A DNA stretch of 64,000 nt, from assembly GCF_009914755.1 (NCBI RefSeq), contig NC_060932.1; one strand, 5' to 3'. This DNA comes from the human T2T-CHM13v2.0 reference genome, Homo sapiens. Shown here piece after piece: positions 54,444 through 64,000 of the stretch. The position numbers and the translations under genes were made by a program. The notes below the pieces were generated by a model. That model searched no databases. It worked only from the letters and a program-made list of their open reading frames with translations, and had not been told where the DNA came from. The number at the start of each line of letters is the position of its first letter. Positions within the stretch are counted from its first letter, which is position 1.

Positions 54444-55607
54444 TAGCCAGGATGGTCTCGATCTCCTGACCTCGTGAACTGCCCGCCTCGGCCTCCCAAA
54501 GTGCTGGGATTACAGGCGTGAGCCACCGCGCCCGGCTGTAGTGGTTTTAACTAAAGGAATTATTGCATTTCTTCAGGTCACTTGTTGAGCATGTCTCTTA
54601 TTTATGACAAGATGAGTTAAAATCCATTAGAACTAGAAGAACAGGTGCTTTTTGAAAATACATTCCTAATGGCCCAGCGTCTTCATAGGAAATCTGTTGT
54701 CTGCAGAGCCATCTTCCTAGAGCTTCCCTCATCAGTGCTGGAGGACCAGGTGGCCAGTTTCAAGTAGATTTCTCTGAAACCCAATAAGGAGCTGTTTTGT
54801 GGACTATCTAGTTTTTAATGCTTTGGGAAACTTTTAAAAAATTTCACTATCTTATCTCAGATGGCAGGTAAATAGTAATTTCCAGACAAATGCAATTTGG
54901 GCTTTACAATTCTATTATAAAGCCACTTTGAAATATATTTTAGGACAAGCCCAAGCAATAAGCATCTTATTTTGGGTCCTTTTCTAATTTCCCATCAACA
55001 GCCTAAGTTTTCTAGCAGAGGCTTATTCCACACTTACATAATTAGAAAGTCTTGGAGCCCCCGACTTAGAGCTGTCAGAGTTTCAGCCCAAGCTATAAAG
55101 CACCAGCCTCTGCCACGCACCGGCTCTTCTAGCTTTCCAGTGCCAGTGTGCTCCCGATAGGCCGGTTCACCACTTGCCAATGAGAATTGTTTGGAGCAAA
55201 GCATTTTTTATTTGAATTTCCTAGATGTTTTGAGGAAAAACCGTAGTTGGACATTCAGACAGAATAGAAAGAACACCAGACATTGGGTTTGAGCCCCTGA
55301 TTCTGCTACTCTGTTGTGTGACCTTGGACAAATCATTTGATCATCATTTCCTTTAGTCCAAATTGGGGGACTAAAAATAATGTCTGCCACATGGGCCTGT
55401 CACGGCAATAAGTGAATAAATGATCTGTGTCAGAGTACTTGGTTATCTATGAAGTATTATTCAAATTTACTCTTCTTATTACCAAGATTTGAAGCCATTT
55501 GTATGTAGATTATTTTTACTGGCCGGGCACTGTGGCTTACCCCTATAATCCTAGCACTCTGTGAGGCCAAAGTGAGCGAATTGCTTGAGTCCAGGAGTTT
55601 CAGACTA

Positions 55608-55814
<207 letters not shown>

Positions 55815-56319
55815 CTACTTCACATACCCCAAGAAGTTCCCTAAGTTGGGAAATGTATAAGTTCATTTATCCTTAGTATTTAGCTGTGTACATTTAGAGG
55901 GAAGTATCTATGTGTGTGCGTAGGTTTTGCATATTTTATGTAAATGTCGTATGCATGCTGTAATCTAGGTTTGGAAGTCCTAATTTTAACCTCTGTCAAA
56001 ACACAAGAGTGTGTAATAGATGAAATAGAAGGTAGAGCAAGGGAGAAGGAAAAGCCAAGGATGAGATAAGGAGGCAGTGGTACTATCTGCAGAACTCTGG
56101 GCACAAGATGGTCAGTGACTCTGCTAAAGGTTGCTCTTCAAAAACTCATCCAGGCAGTCCTGACCAGTCTTAAACTCTCAAAGAATCTGCCTGACTCGAT
56201 GTGAATGAACTGACTGCTATTCCAAAAGACTGGGGCTATAAGTCTCCTGTATAGTTGTAAACTTATATTACAAATGTAAAATGGCTCTTGAGTGCTAAGT
56301 GTCGTAGGGATATGTATGA

Positions 56320-56648
56320 CTGTATATTTCATTGACATCCCAGTCAACAATTGACTGCATAGATGACAGTGGTCTCATGAGATTATAATACTGTATTTTT
56401 ACTGTACCTTTTCTGGGTTTAGATATGTTTAGATACACCAATACTTACCATTGTGTTACCCTGGCCTACAGTATTCAGTACCGGAGCATGCTGTACAGGT
56501 TTGTAGCCTAGGAGCAATAGGGTGTACGATACAGCCTAGGTCTGTAGTAGGCTAAACCATCTAGGTTTGTGTTATGTTCACACAAGGACTAAAATCACCT
56601 AATGACGAATTTCTTAGAATGTGTCCCCGTCATAGCAACGTGTGACTG
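56320..56648. mobile_element. Tigger3a/MER7-like DNA transposon fossil ending just upstream of the exon 9 acceptor
   Basis: GATTATAATACTGTATTTTTACTGTACCTTTTCT...GTAGCCTAGGAGCAATAGG...TCACCTAATGACGAATTTCTTAGAATGTGTCCCCGTC...GTGACTG. Confidence 0.8.
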
Positions 56649-56673
56649 CACCTAACAAGATTCATATTTGCAG

Positions 56674-56781
56674 GCATTCAAAAGTGCGGCAGAAGAGTGA
56701 GGTGGACATTGTTGTTAGCGAAGACTTGAATGGAACGGTGAAGTTTTCAAGCTCTTTACCCTACCCCAATAATCTTAACAG
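56674..56781 (+). CDS. IKBKB: IKBKB exon 9, aa 231-267
   Basis: ttgcag|G ... AG|gtaagg; [35 protein letters not shown]. Confidence 0.97.
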
Positions 56782-57957
56782 GTAAGGCACAGCGGCATTA
56801 CACGAATACATATCTTTCTTGCTTTTTTTAGAAATACAAGTCTTGGCTGGGCGTGGTGGCTCACACCTGTAATCCTAACAGTTTGGGAGGCTGAGGCAGG
56901 TGGATCACCTGAGGTCAGGAGTTCAAGACCAGCCTGGCCAACATGGTGAAACCCCGTCTCTACTAAAAATGCAAAAATTAGCCAGGAGTGGTAGCACGCA
57001 CCTGTAATCCCAGCTACTCAGGAGGCTAAGGCAGGAGAATCACTTGAACCCGGGAGGCAAAGGTTGCAGTGAGCTGAGATCGTGCCACTGTACTGCAGCC
57101 TGGGAGACAGAGTGAGACTCCATCTCAAAAAAAAAAAAAAAGAAGAAAGAAATTCAAGTCTGAAGTGACATCTGATAACTTTTAAACAGGCTATCAGGAT
57201 ATCGTCCTGTGACTAAGAAATTAACATAGTCCTTCTTAATCTTAAATCTGGAATGGGTTTTCCTCCCTTATCTCCCTAGAAATCATCTCTTTTCTAAGTT
57301 CACATAACAATTTATCTATACCTCTTATTACCCTTAATAGCCTCTACCTTGTATCACATTCGGTTTTGCATAGGGTTTATCTCTGATTCAACAGCAGTCC
57401 TTTTAAGGGTAGGGAATTATACCTTATTTCTCTTTCCACCCCTCATGTGGCCCAATTCTGTGTCACAGTCAACAAATAAATCTTTGTCATTTGAATGGCA
57501 TTACAATCCAGTCTCAGAGCCAGAATCTAAACAATTAATAATATTGTATAATTGTACAGAATTGGGTAACAGTGCAAAAGAAAGCTACAAGGCAGTCACA
57601 CATAATTGAGTGACATGGATAATGATTACCATATTTAGAGGGTGGAAGAGATGATTGGATGGATTAGTGCTATATGGAATGACGTGGGATAAGCTAGAAC
57701 TTTTTGGAAGGGTCTAGACAGATGTACAGGACATGGATAGATGAAGAGAAAGGAGGAAGGAAATTCTAAGGGGAAAGATTGAGGTGAGCAAGGCACGTTT
57801 GGGAGGTGGTGAGTAGCTGTGTTGGCCTCAGGGAAGGGTTTGAGTGCTCACAGGAGGCAGGCTCTGCAGGGCCAGGGGAAGGAGTTTGGAGTTTGTCATG
57901 TGAACCGCTATATCTGGCAGCATGGGATCTAGATTCTGTAGGGGTCACCTAAGCTAG

Positions 57958-58401
<444 letters not shown>

Positions 58402-58510
58402 TGAATAATTGATTGGAAATGTTTATACTGTTTCTGATAAACCCATTTTCATTTTCAATCACCGTCTACTGGCTGCCGTCTGTGTGTATACTGGGAGACG
58501 CACACTGTAG

Positions 58511-58708
<198 letters not shown>

Positions 58709-59021
58709 TAGCCCTGAGGCAAAAGCTGGGGTCCCCAGTGGAACATGCAGTTCTTAGGACAGAGCAGGGGATGGGGCCAGCTGACCTAGTGAGGAAATTT
58801 AGGCTCCTGCATCAGTCTTTCTGCATAAGTAAAGAAAGGACAGTTGTGCTAATTGACATTGGCTATGAGGTCATAGCCACAGACAGGATTATGAAAGATG
58901 CAAATATGCGAAACATGGCACATGACCTCCCTCCCTCAAGCTAGGCCCTTGCTTTGTGTGGTTGGGAAATGTTGGGAGTAGCAGAGAGAGGACCTAGGCA
59001 AATAGATGGGCATTTCCTTGA

Positions 59022-59390
<369 letters not shown>

Positions 59391-60008
59391 TAAGTTGGAG
59401 TATGGTGTCCTCTGTGTGGCCTGATAGGAAACACAAATCTCCTTGCTGGACTTGTTACTTCCAAACCCTCCAAGACCGGTCTCTTGCCTTTATTGCAAAA
59501 AATGATGCTATAACACTCGAATCTCTCAAGTTGCCTGCTTGGCCCTCTTCCAAGTGTACTAAAAAAAAAAAAAAAAAAGGATGCTGCACTTTCTTGAGTC
59601 AACTGAAAGTATTTATGATGGCCTCTGTGTACAGAACTGGGTTAGGCACCTGTGTTAACTATAGCTGTGTAAGACATGACCTCTGCTCAAAAAGACCTTC
59701 TCAGCTGACTTGTGGAGCTAAAGTTATCATATGAGAAATAATCATTGCATAGGGAAGTATATAGTGAATTTCTGAACTTCCCAGGGAAGACAGAGAGTAA
59801 AATAGAATGTAATACGTTTGTAAATAAAGAGTGTGTTCAGACAGTAAGTGTGGCTGGAAACGTTAAACACTTCATGGATGCTTCCTACTTGCTGGCTGAA
59901 GATGATGCTCTTGCTGAACAGTGGGGAAAGCTGTGGAACTTCTTCATTATCAGTTAGAAAAGAGAGGGTTGGATCCACAAGATTCATTTTGTCCTTGTCC
60001 CTTTGCAG

Positions 60009-60123
60009 TTAAATGAGGGCCACACATTGGACATGGATCTTGTTTTTCTCTTTGACAACAGTAAAATCACCTATGAGACTCAGATCTCCCCACGGCCCCA
60101 ACCTGAAAGTGTCAGCTGTATCC
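60009..60123 (+). CDS. IKBKB: IKBKB exon 12, aa 376-414
   Basis: ttgcag|TTA ... C|gtaaga; [38 protein letters not shown]. Confidence 0.98.
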
Positions 60124-60231
60124 GTAAGAATTTGTTTTGTTTTGTTTTTCTAAATAATCCGTTATAATATGTGGGACAAGGCAGGGAAGGGAGACTGGAC
60201 TAAGGAAGGGGGAGCCACGTAAAGGAAATTA

Positions 60232-60525
<294 letters not shown>

Positions 60526-60878
60526 TCACTTGAGCCTGAGAGTTCAAGGCTGCAGTGAGTCATGATCACCCCCACTGCATGCCAGCCTGGGTGACAAGAG
60601 CGAGACCTTGTCTCAAAAAAAAAAAAAAAATTCTATTGAAAATATATGGCCCTATATACATATGTGTCCAATGGTTCGTAAAGTGTTCCTTCAAATCAAC
60701 AGCTACTTATTGACCACTGGTACATGCTGTTGGTACAAATACATGTATGTGACAGTAACCAGGCATAACACCCTCCAAAGTTACATGATCCTATAGTAGG
60801 TACAAAACGTGAAAGTGCCAGTAGTGTCGAAGGCAGGATATGGTTAATTGTAGGAGAGTTATTGTGGTTATTCTTTGA

Positions 60879-61028
<150 letters not shown>

Positions 61029-61544
61029 TAGCGTGCCAGGCTTTTTTTTTAAACTTAATTTATTTAAAATTCCTTGGTGGCTTTGGCCACAGGGAGGTGG
61101 TTGAGGCAGGGACCCAGAAGCAACCGTTATGAGCAACAAAAGGAAGACACTGGTTTGGATGGACGGGAAGCGGTTGGGTGGGCTGGACTGACGGAGGCCC
61201 CTTTAGACCTGGCGAGGTGAGTGTGGTTGGCACAGGGTGAGGAGTGTGGAACTGAAGCTGGGCTGGCCAAGCTGTGGCTGGTTTGGGAACCCAGAGGAGC
61301 TCACTACCATGTGGATTAGCAAAACTCCCCTGACCGTGCTGCTGGGGACTTACGGACTCTTTCCTCATTGTGACTCGTTTGCCAACATTATTGGCCTTTT
61401 GTGTCTTCCTTTGCCTGATGTCAAGTTTAGTGCAGAACCTCAGGCATTGCTGAGGGCTAGGAAATTGTCCTTGGGTTATAAGTGGCTGCTATAATAATAG
61501 TGATGATGATAATAATTATAGCAGGGACCTCCCTTGACATTTGA

Positions 61545-61853
<309 letters not shown>

Positions 61854-61936
61854 TAATTGAGTTGCTTATTTCTGTTTCAGTTTTGTGGTGTTTTTATTTT
61901 GTTTTGTTTTGTTTTTCCTTCTCAATTTTTTTTCAG

Positions 61937-61998
61937 CATCAGATAAACTGCTGCTGGCCTGGAGGGAAATGGAGCAGGCTGTGGAGCTCTGTGGGCGG
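61937..61998 (+). CDS. IKBKB: IKBKB exon 15, aa 506-526
   Basis: tttcag|CA ... CGG|gtagga; TSDKLLLAWREMEQAVELCGR. Confidence 0.97.
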
Positions 61999-63086
61999 GT
62001 AGGAGACTCATTTTGGGTTTCGGAACTTACCAAGGGGGTGAGATTTTGTGCTCCCACTTTTCACTTTCTCATCAAACACTGGGTCGATCTCTGTCAAAAA
62101 TCAGGTGTTCCTCACCATGCTTTGAGCTTAACTGGACCAGCTGAAAAGAGGCCAAGAGAGTAGCCAGTGAAGGGAGCCCCTCTGTGGCCAGATGCAAGAG
62201 CTGCATGAATGGACAGAGATGGTCCAGGTTTAAATAAGAAGCAAGGGTTAGGTTCCCTTGGGGAAAAGCCAAGACCATTTCCTGTTAGGAAGGGCATTGG
62301 ATGGATGATCAACACTCCCTCTTGTCGAAGGTTTTTGACTAATTTTGTTGGGATGCTAAATCCATAGGAAATAAAAGGTCTAGGCAGAAAGTCTCAGGGC
62401 AGCGTAAATCAGATGTCACCAAAAAAAGTTAATTATGAAGGCAAAGGAAATACATGTGACTTAATGAACCTCACACAAACTGAAGGTTGAAGTCAGGCTC
62501 CGGGGCTTTTTCCTGGACTTATCCTCTGTTTTCCCCTGTGTACTTGGGCAAGGATCTTCACCTGTGTCTTAGTATCGATTTTTATGAATCAGTACTGATG
62601 GAGTATATGTGTGTTTAATGGTGAATATTAACCATAGAAGGGCTGAGTGCTCCTCCCCATCTTGGGACTCATAATCTGTGAAATAAAACAGTCTGGGCCT
62701 CCCTGCCCGGGTAGCATCAGGATAGACAGATGAAGAGAAGAGAAAGTAATGTGTCTTGGGCATCTTCTGTATGCCAGGCACCATGCCAGAGGCTTTAAGT
62801 ACTTCATCTTACTTGACTCCTCAGATGGCCCTGTTAGAAGCCTATTTTATGCAAAAGGAAACTGTAGCTGGGGGTAAGTAACTTGCCAAGGGGTCACACA
62901 GCTAGAAAGCGGTGGACCCTAGATGCAGGCGCAGCCATTCAGACCCCACAGTCCACATTCCTTTGAGCCAGTCCATTGAGGGTCCTCAGGGAATGTGGCG
63001 GGTCCCCTGGTCTCGCTCCCCCGCAGATCTTGCATCTCAGCATGCGCCTACCACATCAGTTGACATTAGCACAGCTTTTCCATTAG

Positions 63087-63197
<111 letters not shown>

Positions 63198-63891
63198 TGA
63201 GTACTGGCTGGGGGGCCCCTCTGTGCCCAGCACACACAGACAGCCCTGGAGCTTCGGTGTGTGTGTCAAGGGCACCCTCAGTGGCTGTGCGGGACCATTC
63301 TCTAGAGCATGCTTCCCTGTGGGGTCACTTCCAGCAAATCATCACTGAGCTTCAGTTTCCAAATCTGTTCAGTGACAAGAAAAACAGTCTTAAGTCACGA
63401 AGTTGTAAGGATGAATTCAGATAATGCATTTGAGACGCAGGCCATAATCTGTAAAGGCTGTAAAATGCAAGCAGCCTCTACCCCTGTAGCAGACTCCCCT
63501 GATTTGTTCCACCCACCCTGACTCAGGCATAGCTCAGAGCAGAAAGTAAAACAGAGAAGGAAGAACCTGATGAGGCTTAGGAGTTTGGACCTGGAAACTA
63601 TTCGTTTGAGTCTTTGTCAGGTATTTGGCATTGGCTCCATGAGGGGCGGAGGGGTCTAGGCAGATCACTCCTACCTGAAGGAGATCACATGTGCTCCTGG
63701 CGTACAGATGGAGGGAACCAGGCAGGCCGCTTGAGGGCTGTGTCACCGTGAGCTCAGCAGTGTTCCCTGATTCTCTCACTAGGATTCTTAGGACAGGAGC
63801 TCCAAATGTCAGAACTTTGATTCTGTATTTTCTCTAATTAACCCTTTATTCTCCTCTAGTTCTTTTATTTGTATTTGTATTATTTTTTTAA

Positions 63892-63999
<108 letters not shown>

Positions 64000-64000
64000 A

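Overview
This is human (primate) genomic DNA from the IKBKB (IKK-beta) locus, which is known to lie at 8p11.21. A CpG-island promoter at about 13.3-14.2 kb is followed on the + strand by first exon 1 (5'UTR in the canonical mRNA) and coding exons 2-16. I assembled these by hand: every junction is GT-AG, the phases match, and they give 1688 coding nt covering IKK-beta residues 1-563 (kinase, ubiquitin-like and part of the scaffold/dimerisation domain). The gene continues past the window. The upstream 13 kb holds ERV1 remnants (a MER31-type LTR with tRNA-Arg PBS and internal sequence, a second ERV1 LTR, and a MER41A solo LTR), a truncated L1PA and many Alus, and is the expected territory of the divergent lncRNA IKBKB-DT. 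Introns are rich in Alu, L1, L2, MIR and DNA-transposon fossils. Nearly all ORFs in the supplied track are Alu-derived, low-complexity or chance ORFs. I see no wholly new gene system. The best leads are: (1) a splice-controlled start-codon switch at the IKBKB 5' end, where the uORF stop codon is also a potential 3' splice site; (2) a 67-bp locally templated insertion inside an AluY that brackets exon 4; (3) a short L1 3' transduction; (4) kB sites in the promoter; (5) a near-adjacent inverted Alu pair and an Alu layout favouring an exon 3-5 circle. Repeat family names and repeat boundaries are by eye and from memory of consensus sequences, so they need RepeatMasker/Dfam confirmation.
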